Below the pieces are notes generated by a model. That model saw only the letters and a program-made list of their open reading frames with translations. It was not told the origin of the DNA and made no database searches. A DNA stretch of 64,000 nucleotides, from the NCBI GenBank assembly GCA_031835245.2, contig JAVKOQ020000005.1, positions 248,001-312,000 on the forward strand, given 5' to 3'. Shown one piece after another: positions 12,216 through 26,440 of the stretch; position 1 is the first letter of the stretch, and each line of letters starts with the position of its first letter. Source of the DNA: Balamuthia mandrillaris (Eukaryota). A program made the translations under genes and the position numbers.

Positions 12216-12926
12216 ATGGGGGCGAACGAAGGGACGAGTTCCCTGGACGACTTGCTTAAGCAGAGCCAGGAACTGGTTCTGCTGTTGATGGAGGAGTATG
12301 GTTGGGAGGCCAGCGCCATCTGGGGTGAGGAGAACAACGCCGAGCTCTTTTCCTCCCTTCGTCCGCCCGAAGCCCCCTTTTATCATCCCCTTGGCGATGG
12401 CGACGGCGACTGTCACCAACAGAAAGAACAGGTGAAGCAGGAAGAGCGAGCCATGAAAACCATTTCCCCCTCTCACCCCACCAAAAAAATGGAAAGAAGG
12501 AAGCGGGCAACCACAGTCAAAAGGAAGTATACGCGGAGGAAGAGGCCCCTCGTCTTTCATGACAACGAATACGGTTGTCTTTCTGGGGTGCCCACTAGCG
12601 AGTGCGACTCCAAAGAGCACTGCAACCTGCGCCCCATGTTACGGCAACTGTCTACAACTATCTACGAGCAGCAGCCACCAGACACCAACATGGCTGTGAT
12701 CGCGGCCACAGCCTCCACTAACCGTGAGATGGTTATCACCCCTTCTGTGGTTGCTCCCCCACTTACAGTGGAGGCTATGATGCGGATGGATACACTGCTA
12801 TCTTGTGGGACGCTTGGCATTGGCGCTGGTCTGTGCTATGCCAAGCCTATTTCCGCCGACCCAGCAAAGACAAGCACCGCAAGAATAAAGAGGAAAAAGA
12901 ATAGAACTGAGGAGTACAGGAGATAG
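12216..12926 (+). CDS. Intronless hypothetical protein with IGxGLxY motif
   Basis: 236-aa ORF, basic patch RRKRATTVKRKYTRRKR, motif LGIGAGLCYAKP, basic tail. Confidence 0.65.
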   Translation: MGANEGTSSLDDLLKQSQELVLLLMEEYGWEASAIWGEENNAELFSSLRPPEAPFYHPLGDGDGDCHQQKEQVKQEERAMKTISPSHPTKKMERRKRATTVKRKYTRRKRPLVFHDNEYGCLSGVPTSECDSKEHCNLRPMLRQLSTTIYEQQPPDTNMAVIAATASTNREMVITPSVVAPPLTVEAMMRMDTLLSCGTLGIGAGLCYAKPISADPAKTSTARIKRKKNRTEEYRR

Positions 12927-13047
12927 ATTGGAGAGGAATAGAAGAGAGATAAGGGAGAGAGAGAGGGAGAGAGAGAGAGCAGTGAAATACTTGTCACTTT
13001 TCGTCCTATTTTCTACTTGTATAGTAAAATTTAGATTGTAAAAGGAG

Positions 13048-13481
13048 TCAACTCACTTTGGAGGACAGAAACTCTCGGAAACGCTGAGAATATAGGGCAG
13101 GCGCCACCGCAGAGAGACCCTCTTGAGAAAAGAGTAGCGACTTTAGCTTGTTTTCCATTTGTTTGCGCAGTGTCCATGGTTGTAGGATGTCAATGATCCG
13201 CATGAAGTAAACCTCTCCATGTGCTAATCGGTCGTGCTCGTTTCTGGCGTAAATGCCGCTGCTACCAGCCAGTTTGATGCAATCCTGCTCGGCCTCTTCC
13301 TCCCTAAATAGGTGTGTTGCAAAAGCATATTAGTTTGTTTTGGTAGAAGAAGGTGAAGAAGTAGAATGGGCACCTCAGGTGCGAGACTGTATTGGGTTCA
13401 TATTGGTGGATCCCTACCAAAAGGCTATAATCCATTATGCCATTACCTTCCAAAAACTGCAAAAAACACAACAAATAAGCA

Positions 13482-13523
<42 letters not shown>

Positions 13524-16250
13524 AACCATACCTCGCAATCCTTCTGCAGTTGATCCAGAAATAAGGCTCTATTTCGTGGGCCTAGGTGTAACATTCGGGT
13601 AAATTCCAAATCTCTTCTAGTACAGGTTGTATCTACCAGTTGTTGTTTGGTTAAACTTCTCCCTTCAGAAGAACCCTGAACAGAAGAGGCTACGGGTAAG
13701 TCAAGATACAGTAGTGCTTGCAATTAGAAAGATACCTTCAAATCATAGCGCTCAGCCAAAGGTTTTTCAGTCGCAAAGGCGTTGAGCATTGCCATAAAAT
13801 AGACACTGCGGTCTCCAAACTTCAGAGCATACAAGCCTAGAATTTGGCATATTAGCGTACTGGGATTGACTCTGATATGCTGAACGGTTCATTTATAAAA
13901 TATCAGCACTAATTCGTATGATGTTGAATATCCACATTTTAAAACGTACATTGATATACGAAGCTAGTATAGACCGCAGAAATCTGAATTCTCCTTTTGT
14001 AATGGTCTTCACCAAGATCCTTTTGTCAGCAGAGAGGAAAAATGAGCTCCCACTACGCCCTTCTGACTGTATTTGCTTAAGTCCATGAAAAGATTCCTAT
14101 TCATAGGCAAAAATTACAAAAAGTAAGTAAATTCGAATGAGTAAATGCAACTTAAAACGAAACAAACCGAGTAATCCTTCACAGCAATTTTCGCTTGTTG
14201 CAACATGAAAGCAAAGACTTGGGGAGCAAAAGAGGTAAAAACAAAGGGATGATCATTGAGTCTTCCTATATATTTGACCTTTTTGTTTCTACCACCTTTG
14301 GTTTTCCGTAGAGAATGCCCATAGATATCAGCACGAACCTGTGGTTATCGTCGTTAATGACATGTTTGGTTTAATTGCTGAATGCAGATTACGCACTGTT
14401 CTTTCCATACCGGCCTTTATGAAGTCAAGAAGGTAAATATCCTCTTCTGTGATAAAAGAAAAGACGGGTGGGCCTTCCTCTACATGTTCCTTTGTAGGCA
14501 ATAACTCGGCCAGTGAAAAGCCCTATTGTTTGCGAAGCATGGTACATAACTTCGTTATGACATTCATAAACAATCTCTCAAACAACAGTGGAAATGATAC
14601 CTCAAACCCCAAGGAAAATAAAGCGTCGGAGGCATTAGGACAAAGAACATGAAGGGAATGAGGCCCCTCCAGTAACTCCATAGTGGTGAAATAAGCAGCC
14701 TTCACAACAGGATGGAGTTGAGGCTGGCACAGAACATCAGTGATAACAGCTTTCACAGACTTGCGTCGTTCGTTGATGCGATTGCGTCGCTTTTGTTTGA
14801 CTCCAAGGAACTTTAGGCTACAAATTGGGTGAGATAGTTGTAAGTTATGAATATCCAAAATCCATTACAAGGGAATAAAGCACCTTTCAAGGACGTCATT
14901 AAATTCCAGGTCTGCATCAATAAGTTGCAATAACTCTAACAAGCGAAGCAACCAGTTGGTTGGTGTTGAGCCTTCAGTCTTTTTGCTTGCTGATTCGTTC
15001 AAAATGTGCAATAGGGACTTCCGAAATGAGCATTTCATGTTCAGATAATGATTATTGGCGCAGGTGAGCAATATCGACCCAGTATCTCCTGCAAAGTGGA
15101 GGGAACCATGCCGTAGTAAGGTTCAAAACACAAAACAAGAAGCAAGAAAGCGAAACAAGGAGACCAAGATCACTATAAGACTAATCACCATTATACTGAG
15201 CTAAGCCAAGAGATTCTAACGTGACTTTCAAAGTTTCTATGCCATCAAGTAAGTTCTGCATTTGTGCAAACTTGGGATGAACCATCGATAAATGTAGATG
15301 GAACAAGCGATGGCCTCCTTCCTTGCTCATTCTCACTTTACAGTGGTCTGTATCAGCATAGTAATAAACGAGAATGTGGATAAGCAAACCTTTGAAAGAG
15401 CATGGGTGCCGTTGACTTACTACAGTCAAGATGTCTTGAATGCATCCAGAGAGCTCTCCAAGCTCAAAGTCATCTGCATCCGACTTTACACGGAAGGCAA
15501 CATCGAACATGCACCGATTTGTGCTTTGTTGTTGAGGTTTACTTGCTATCAAAATCTGCTCTTTCTCCTGCAACTGCTTTACTGGGTGGTGATGTCATCA
15601 TATAAGTTAGCTTATCTTCATACTGCAAAGGGAGAAGAGGAGAAACCAACCAAGGTCAGCATTACGAAGCTTTTTAATGGATAGGGCTGCTCTTGGCTGG
15701 AAAGAACCTATCCTCAAATGAAGGTTGGCGTGTATACGTTCTTGCGTGGGTTGCCTGTGTTCATGTAAGCCACCCCTCAGCGTGTTATCCTTACCAAACT
15801 CTCGGCAGACAAAATAAACGAATACCTTGATACTTGCAACAAAGGAGCAGCACTGGGTGCTCTGCTACGTGCTCTCGGTGGTTGTGCTGCTATGGGAGCA
15901 TGTAACAGAGTTGGTTTGCTTAGGTCAGAAGTGGCTCGTTTGCGTAGTGTTTGCGGATCTCCTTGTCGAAGCTCCTCTTTTCTTTGATATTTGGCTCTGT
16001 GGAAAACGTAATAGACCGCTCTAAAAAACTGTCGCGCAGCGGCGTGCATCTTTTGGAACTGCGGCTGCTGTTGCTGCTGCTGCTGCCGAAAGGAAACGGC
16101 GGCTACCGCCGGCGAAGAGGAGGGAGGTATTTTGTGATCTCCGTTGGTAGTGTAAAGGAACCATTTTGCTTTAAGAGCCTCCAACTCTTGGTGCAGCAGC
16201 CTGTTCTCCTCTTGGAGCTGGCTAAGGCTGCCGTTCTTTCGTTCTTCCAT
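13048..16250 (-). CDS. Phosphatidylinositol-phosphate kinase (PIP5K family) with long N-terminal extension, multi-exon
   Basis: EGRSGSSFFLSADKRILVKTI, RYDLK|GS, IMDYSLLVGIH, IIDILQPW, SAVAPALYSQRF then stop at 13048. Whether the 15.1-16.25 kb exons belong to this gene is less certain. Confidence 0.85.
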
Positions 16251-16553
16251 GCATGCACCCGCTTCTTCGCTCTCTCTTTTTGTTCGATCGAAAATGAAGT
16301 GATCTATCAGATCAGATACAAAAGGATCGGAATTTATGGCATGTGGAATGCTCCTCAAGCAAATGAACAATTATTATCGAGAATAATTAATAATTATTGA
16401 TATATTGCCCTTTAAAAACAAACAAAGCTAGGCAGACAGCAGCAGCCGGCTGCAAGAAAAACCCGAAAGAGAGAGAAAGAAGAAAAGGAAGGAAGCTGTG
16501 CTGGTGGAACCCTTTTACCTCTAACACTCGTACCACTGCCAAACGCTGCTCAA

Positions 16554-18529
16554 ATGGGCGTATTGTCGTCAAAGGGATCTCGACCTCTTCCTGAGGAGGG
16601 GTCGTACTTTGGCCTGGAGAACGTACGTACCTTGTGTTAGAGCCAAGTCGGCAGGGCATCCCTTCTGCCTAACAACAGCACCTGCTTATTCCAACAATGA
16701 CACACAGTTTGGAAATACATGCTACTGCAATGCTGTGCTGCAGGCCTTGTACTTTACTCTTCCCTTTAGGCGACACGTGATAGCCTATTACCTCGCCTGG
16801 CAGGCAAGGAAGGAGAAGACCTCTCCACTGGGGTGGGGCGCACAGAACCAAGGCGAAAACCTGCTGACTGCCCTTGGCGAAATGTTTCACCACATCCAGA
16901 AACAAAAGAACCGGACGGGCACCTACGCCCCCAAACGCTTCCTGCTCCATCTCCGTAAAGCAAATCGTATGCTCCCTCCTATTTTTTCTTGTTAAATTTG
17001 ACATGTCCCACTTTTCTGTATTTGTCTTGTTCCTCAATACCACGTTGAGCTTCTCTCCTTGACTTACTGATCCTCTTTGTTTTCTGCAGCAATGTTCAAG
17101 GAGATGGTGCAGCAGGACGCGCACGAGTTTCTAGGTTTCCTGTTGAACGAGATTTCGGAGCTGTTGCTCAAAGCGGAGGAGGAGGAGAAAGAGAAAGAAA
17201 GAGAACAGCTGCGGCGACAGCTGCCACTGCGGCAACAAGAGAGAGCAATACGTCAAGAGCACCAACGAAAAGAACAAGAGGCTATGGCATTGGCCACACA
17301 CCGAAAACAAAAAAGAGAGCTAGAGGCGGTCATTGGGACCTTTGAATATAGCGGCAACCAAGGAGTATCTTGCAGTAGCAGTAGCATGCTTGCTGAAGAT
17401 AGCTTATCTGAACCTTCTCTAATTATGGAACTTCCCAGCAACAATAACAGTAGAGAAAGCGAAAGCTCGGGCGGCGAGAGCGGCGATGTCAGTGGAAATG
17501 CTAGCGAGGATGACGTGGAAGAAGAGCACAAACCAAGAAAGACCTTCATTCAAGCGGTGTTTGAGGGGATTTTGACAAACGAAACAAAATGCATGTGTTG
17601 TGAACAGGTAGCTTTCCGCTTCTTCGCCTTCTTCTTCTTCTTCTTCTTCTTGTTCTTCTTCTTCTTCTTCTCTCTGTCTAAAATCTTTTTCGTCAGGTAA
17701 AAAACAAGAACGAATGCTTTCTTGACTTGAGCTTGGACATTGAGCACAATTCATCAGTGTCGCATTGTCTTCGCAGTTTTAGCCATGTAGAAATGTTGGA
17801 TAAAGAGGACAAATTCTTTTGTGAATGTTGCAACAGCTTACAAGAGGCACAAAAGCGACTAAAAATCAAGGAGCTGCCTCACATCCTTATTGTACATTTG
17901 AAACGGTTCAAGTTTACTGAAAACTATCAGTTCCGCAAACTCTCCTATTGCGTTTCTTTTCCCTTCGAAATGCGACTTACCAACACTGTACCTATCTCTT
18001 TTTCTCTCTCATTGAATGTTACCTTATGTTGACCATTTATCAATTGGTGATTGTAATAGTGTCAGGATACTGTTGATAAGTATCGGTTTTACGATCTGTA
18101 CGCGATAGTAGTGCACATTGGAAGGTTTATATGCTTTGTTTACTCAAGTCATTCATCGCTTATTCTAACATTGCTACTTGTTTGTGTTTTTTGCATCGAT
18201 TATAGCAGCCCGTACTCTGGCCACTACATATGCTTCGTAAAAAGTCAGGGCACTTGGCTCGTTTTCGATGACGACTATGTTTCGGTTCTCTTACTCCCTC
18301 CTCTCTCTGCCCTTCACTCTCATCTCTTTTATCATCAGATTTAATTCCTCTGTTTTTTGTTTGTTTGCTTCGATTCTTACTGAGATACGAATAGGCGGTG
18401 GACGAGCGGCAGATAATAGCACTATTCGGGAACGGGCAAAGCAGCAACGGCAATGGAGGCTATCGTAGCAGTCAATGCGGCTATTTGCTGTTCTACCAAA
18501 CGCGGCAAGCTGGAGAGCCATCCTCCTAA
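16554..18529 (+). CDS. USP12/46: Ubiquitin C-terminal hydrolase, USP12/USP46 (UBP3/4) type, multi-exon
   Basis: [18 protein letters not shown]ys box, [22 protein letters not shown] His box, FDDD, GYLLFY. Confidence 0.92.
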
Positions 18530-18828
18530 TAGCAAAGATCGAAAATTCGAGAAACCAAAAAAAGTTTAATCTCTCGATCCGTGACGACACAATGACTCCC
18601 TTATTTATTATCGGGTCGACATGATAGTGGCAAAGAAAAAAAAAAGAAAAGTCGCCAAAGAGGAAAAGAAGAGGGAAAAATACGAAAGGCGGTGGAGGGA
18701 GGGCGTGAAGGGTGGTGGGAGAACAACATTGGGGAAGGGGAAGAACAAGAAGAAGGGCCAGCCAGCTCAGAGCTCAGATCAGTGCTCCAACGGTTAAAGC
18801 GGGGAAGGAACCACCAAGGTAGCAGCAA

Positions 18829-20870
<2,042 letters not shown>

Positions 20871-21358
20871 AAGCCCTCTATTCTATTCTCGTTCTTTTTG
20901 TTGAGTTCTCTTTGCTTTGTCAACACTCTTCTCTTCTTGGGCCTCCCATGTGCAGTGACACTACACGAGGACAACAACAACCGCACAGCATGTATATCGA
21001 TGTTGGCACTGTCACTCGAGCAGCGCTGTCAACCGCGGTTGTTTCTTAAAAAGGCAAAAGGGAGAGGAAGAAGGGTATTAATCCACGAAATTTCCATAGT
21101 TAAGGTGGTTGTCTAATTCATGCCTTCGAATCCTCCTTTGCCTCTTCGTATTGTGGTGCTCCCCCCCCCCCTTCTTTCTTTCTTTCTTTCTTCTACCCTC
21201 CTGCTTTGGTAGTTGCTGCTTCTCCGCTGCTGTTTTGCTGCTGGTATTCGCACTTGCCGCTGTTGGTACTGGTGGTTATTCCTCCCCTACTACTACAGTT
21301 ACTGCATGCAGGAAGGGAACACCAACCTTGGCTACAGGCTCCAACAACACCAAGTGCC

Positions 21359-21859
21359 ATGACAGAGGGGGAGGAGGAGGCGGTAATGGCGACGGAGGCA
21401 GCACACACCCCCAGATTAGCGCTCACCGTTGGTGCTGGTGCTCAGGAGGACCACCAACCACAACAACAACTTCCGAGCGCCAGCAGTAAACTTCAGGGAA
21501 AGCTGCAAGCACTCAAGCACAAGGTCCAAAAGCGGCGAGTAGAGCGGCGACTAAGCCAGTACCAACAGCACTTGCTGGAGGCACAACACTGGCGCTCTAA
21601 ATGTTGGTCTGAGGTGCAACGCAAGACCAGGACAAAGAAACCTCGGTTCGAGGCAGTGCGCAACTTGGACCAGTTCAAGCGGTACGACCGGTGGGAGCAA
21701 ACCCAGTTCAGAGAGGTCAACTGGAAGCAGTTCTACGAGGACATGACAGGCCGGCGGGGCAAGCACCTCCACGACTATTTCAACTCTCCCTGGACTCTCT
21801 CTTCCATCTTTTTACTTGTATTTTGTCAACTCTACCTGTTCTTGCTCTGGTCTTCTTGA
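21359..21859 (+). CDS. Hypothetical protein with C-terminal hydrophobic segment
   Basis: 166-codon ORF from ATG 21359 ending WTLSSIFLLVFCQLYLFLLWSS. Confidence 0.5.
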   Translation: MTEGEEEAVMATEAAHTPRLALTVGAGAQEDHQPQQQLPSASSKLQGKLQALKHKVQKRRVERRLSQYQQHLLEAQHWRSKCWSEVQRKTRTKKPRFEAVRNLDQFKRYDRWEQTQFREVNWKQFYEDMTGRRGKHLHDYFNSPWTLSSIFLLVFCQLYLFLLWSS

Positions 21860-22077
21860 ATTTGTCACAAACAGCCTCGTTAACATCTCATTCTCAAGCC
21901 CCGTTTTGATTGACTTTGCTACCCTCTCAACCTTATACCACTGCAACCTCTTTGTACAAAACGAATTATTGGTTGTTGAGCCTGCAAAGAAAGAGACATC
22001 ACTCATGTCTCAAAACAAGGCGAAGAAGTAGAACGAAGAAGGGAGCAGCACAGGAGCCAACAGCAGTATGTCACTCA

Positions 22078-23955
22078 CTAACTACTCCAAAGTTCAAGTT
22101 GCGGGTCTGAGAATGAGGCAAAGAATGCATCGACATACGTAGCAGAGACCTCAGAGAGGGCTGCAGGATGCCACCTTGGCTTGTTGTCCTTGTCAACGAT
22201 GACGGCTCTTACTCCTTCCACAAAGTCTTTAGTTTTCATGAAGGACATGGCCACCCGTAGGTCAGAAGCAAACGCTTCTCGAATATTTTGGCTCTTTCCC
22301 AATTGAACTGCTTTCAATGTAACCTGTGGACATCCACAAATAAACGAGTCCCAACAAATAAGGAATAAGCACACAACAGGAGGCCACTTATAACTCATAA
22401 AAGGGTGAGTGGTTTGGCACCTTGAGACTAGTGGGCGATTTTTTAGTGATGGTGGCTTGTACCAAACGAGCCCACTCCGTGTTTTCTTCCTCCAATTTTT
22501 TAAGAATGTGTTCTACAGTAGGTTGGCTGAAACAGCGTTCAATAGCAGGCAAATGGGATGACAGTTCGGACACTCCGTCTGCGCCACATGCAGTTGTAAG
22601 GGGACATGCACAATGGTGGGTTAGTCGCAGAATAAGTCATTTAGTCAGTTAAAGGTATAACCATACCAGGTTGAGTAGCAAAACGATCTAGCACTGATTC
22701 AACAGAGGATGTGCTCCAGTCTGTGGTTTGAAGGCACTCCTGCAGCAAGCATCGTGAGTAACATAACATCAAGGGAATTGTACAAAAATGCTGCAAGGAA
22801 CCTTCAGCTGCGAAACCTTGCTCTTGGGCACGAAGTGTGTCACTAACCCGATGAGAAGAGCGTCTGCGGCCTTCAATCTAGCGCCAGTGAGGGCCAAGTA
22901 TACCCCAACGTGTCGTCCAAGGCGAGAAAGGAAGTACCCACCACCCACATCTGGAAAGAAGCCTATCCCAGTCTAGTATCCACAACATAAGGTCATCGAT
23001 GGTGATGATGATGGTAATAAAAGGTGGGCCACTCAATCACACTATCAGCACAGAGGAGGTATAAAGGTACCTCTGGCATTGCGAAAAGAAAAGCTTCAGT
23101 TGCAATGCGGAATGGTGCCCCAACAGACAGCCCCACTCCACCACCCATCGTGATACCATCCAGCAGCGCCACGCAGGGCTTGCGTAGCTCATGTATCTGA
23201 CAATCCAACTTGTATTCCAGCGAAAAGAATTGGTGGGGGTATTGTTCGTCCCCCTTGGCTGCTGCTTCTGCCAGCAGACGTATGTCTCCTCCTGTGGGTT
23301 AGTATGCACAGACGTTCGTTCATCAGTACAATGATACTGAAGTGGGGAAACACGAGAAGGGCTTAAGCTAAACGCACCAGCACAGAATGCGCGGCCGCCC
23401 TGCCCCTCCAACACCAGTACTTTCTTGTGAGGATTCTCAACGAAGTGCTGCACTGCTGCGCCTAACTCCTTAATGCTCTCTGTGCATTAACACAAGCGTA
23501 ACTTTGTTAACGCACAGGATATCACTACTACGCTAACCGCCGCCAGCAGCATAACCGAAAACCAACAACCAACCTAGATTCAGAGCATTGAGGGCGCTCG
23601 GCCGGTTCAGTGTAAGCACCACTGTGCCGTTGTTGTATGGTTGCACCAACACTGCACTACTTACTACCTGGTTTATTCCTTGTGTCTTCACCCACAAACC
23701 GATAAAGAAGAGAGTGAGGGAAGGAGAGAGAGGGAGGAGGGAAGGAGAGGGGGGAGGGAGGGAGGGAGGGAGGAGGGAGGGGGAGGAGGGAGGGAGAGAA
23801 TGACAAGTGTGCAGAGGACCAACCATGTTTGGCGTTATGGAGAAGGGGCATAGCTGCCGTGCGTTGGTGGCCCTCTCAGCTGGGATTACGTGCTGTTGCA
23901 GCGCCCAAGCTCGCCGACATGCTGGATATTGCTGCTGCTGCTGCTGCTGCCTCAT
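22078..23955 (-). CDS. HIBCH: 3-hydroxyisobutyryl-CoA hydrolase, multi-exon
   Basis: LTLNRPSALNALN, GGRAFCAG|GD, LLDGITMGGGVGLS, FAMPE, IGFFPDVG, SPTSLKV, DFVEGVRAVIVDKDNKPRW. Confidence 0.93.
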
Positions 23956-24236
23956 AACTCTGTGCGGCTAAAACGTTTCCAGCGTATGGTGTTCGGTGTG
24001 TGGTGCGGTGGGGGGGGGCTGGTGGCGGCGGGCCTTTTGGTTTTTTTTTTGGGGAACCAAAATAATTATTGCAATATATTTATTGGTGGTGGCTGCTATG
24101 TTTTCGCGGTTCTTTCCCGCCATACGCCGCGTAAAACTACGTAGGGGGAGTAGGAGGGGCGGCAGCGGCGCATAGCGAACACTCCGCTTCAAAAGCGAGC
24201 TCGCACACACCACTCAACTACAACAACGACCTCCAA

Positions 24237-24611
24237 ATGGACAGCACTAGCAGCAGCAACGGCCCACTGAGGGTGGCCATAATGGGCTCTGGCAACTGGT
24301 ATGTTTCACCCCTACCCTATGGTCCACTGTACCAGCTACTTGACCACGTTAGCTTGGAAGACGCCTTGTTCACTAGCACCTCCTCCCTCACCAACTTTGC
24401 ATCTCTTTTGCGGCGATGCATTGCTGGTCTTTGCTCTCACCACACAATAAAGGGGCTCTGCCATCGCTAAGATTGTAGGAGAGAACGTTAAGTTACACAG
24501 CGACCTCTTCCACACCACTGTGAACATGTGGGTCTACGAGGAGCTCATTGAAGGCCAAAAGCTCACTGACATCATCAACACCAAACACGAGAACGTCAAG
24601 TATTGCATTTC

Positions 24612-24646
<35 letters not shown>

Positions 24647-26232
24647 TCTCCTGCTCTCTACTCACTGCTCACTCCTCCTGCTCAACCCTTTTATTTCTCC
24701 TCTCTTCCTCTTCCTCTTTCTCTCTTTCTCTTTCTCTCTTTCTCTCTTTCTCTCTTTCTTCCTTTCTCCCTCTCTTACTGCGTATGTAGGTATTTGCCAG
24801 GGATAGGATTGCCAGAGAACGTTATAGCAGTGCCCGACTCAGTAGAGGCGGCCAAGGGAGCCAACCTACTCATCTTTGTGTTGCCCCATCAGGTATGCTA
24901 ATCTATACCATTCGACAGCGTGGCAACTACTGATTCTCTTGTTCCATCACCCTCGTTCCCTCAGTTTGTGGAAGGGCTTTGCAAGAAGTTAAAAGGCCAC
25001 ATTGCTCCCGATTGTAAGGCCATTTCGCTCATCAAGGTTCGTTCTATGCTCCTATTTACCATTATACGGCCCACACCTTTTGCTCACTTATAACGAACAC
25101 AGGGAATGTTAGTGGAGAACGGCTCTCCAAAGCTTATTTCACAGCTCATTCATGATGCCTTAGAGGTAAATACCGCCGTACTAATGGGAGCTAACATAGC
25201 CACGGAAGTAGCCAAGGGCGAGCTCAGTGAGGCTACTATTGGTTTCAGAGAGGAAGTGGAAACGGCAAAAGTTTGGCAAAAGCTTTTCAACACAAGCACA
25301 TTCCGTGTACGCAATGCTTACTATCATTCTGATTCCTTTTTGTACAGTTTTTTTTGCTTAACAGCTCTTACTACCACCATCATACCACACTGTTGCCACC
25401 ACAATCCCTTTCCATTGTCAGATAAACATTATAGAGGATGTTGCAGGTGTGGAGCTCTGTGGCGCTCTCAAGGTTTGATCTAGATTTGTTTGGTGTTCTC
25501 TGTTACTGTTATATTAGCTTAGTTGCATACGTCACTTCGTAATGCAGAATATAGTTGCCATCGGCGCTGGCTTTTGTGACGGTTTAGGGTAACTTCCTTT
25601 GCAACTTTAGCTTTAGTAGAAAATGTTTAAATGCAGTTGCTGTAAGTAACGCGATTACTGAGCTGTTGTTTGACCTTTTGAACCTTACATTCAAGGCTCT
25701 CCCCGAACTCCAAAGTAGCTATCATTCGTTGTGGTTTGGCTGAAATGCGTAAGTTTTGTGAAAGCTTCTACAGCGGAATCGCCCCTGACACATTCTTCGA
25801 AAGGTCTCTTCTCTCCTCTTCTTGTCTCTCCCTCCTCTTTCAATGCGCTAACACTGACAATGCTGCGGGTGGGTAAAGCTGTGGAGCAGCAGATCTTATC
25901 GTGACGTGCTACTGCGGACGTAACCGAAAAGTGGCGGAGGCCTTTGCAAAAACCAGAAAGAGCTTCGATGAGTTGGAGCAGGAAATGCTCAACGGGCAAA
26001 AGCTGCAAGGCACACTCACTGCTAAGGAAGTGCATGAAATTTTGGAGAACAAAGGCTTGTTGCATGAGTTCGTATTTTACAATCTCCTTTAACAGCCTGG
26101 TACAGGCTGGTTGGCTGCTTCTGTCATGCAAAGCTAACATCCTTCACTGGATCAAACAGATTCCCTCTCTTCACAAAGATCTACAACATAAGCTACGAGG
26201 GAGAGGATCCTGCTACTATCACTCAATTCTGA
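24237..26232 (+). CDS. GPD1: NAD-dependent glycerol-3-phosphate dehydrogenase, multi-exon
   Basis: [61 protein letters not shown]. Confidence 0.95.
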
Positions 26233-26286
26233 ACTGCTTCGCTCGAAGAATAGAAGACGGTTGCTGATGTCCAAACAAGACCGTTT

Positions 26287-26401
26287 TCAAGACCATTTTT
26301 TTTTCTTATAGGAGGGTAGCTGCTTGCTCTTACCTTTCTTTTTGTGATTGCTCGTGCCAACAGTTGCTTCCACATCGCGCACTGTGAGCATTCGTTCGAC
26401 A

Positions 26402-26440
<39 letters not shown>

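Noticed and set aside
13048..13200. Apparent frameshift at the PIP5K C-terminus
   Set aside because: Re-reading gives a continuous frame LRKQMENKLKSLLFSQEGLSAVAPALYSQRF.
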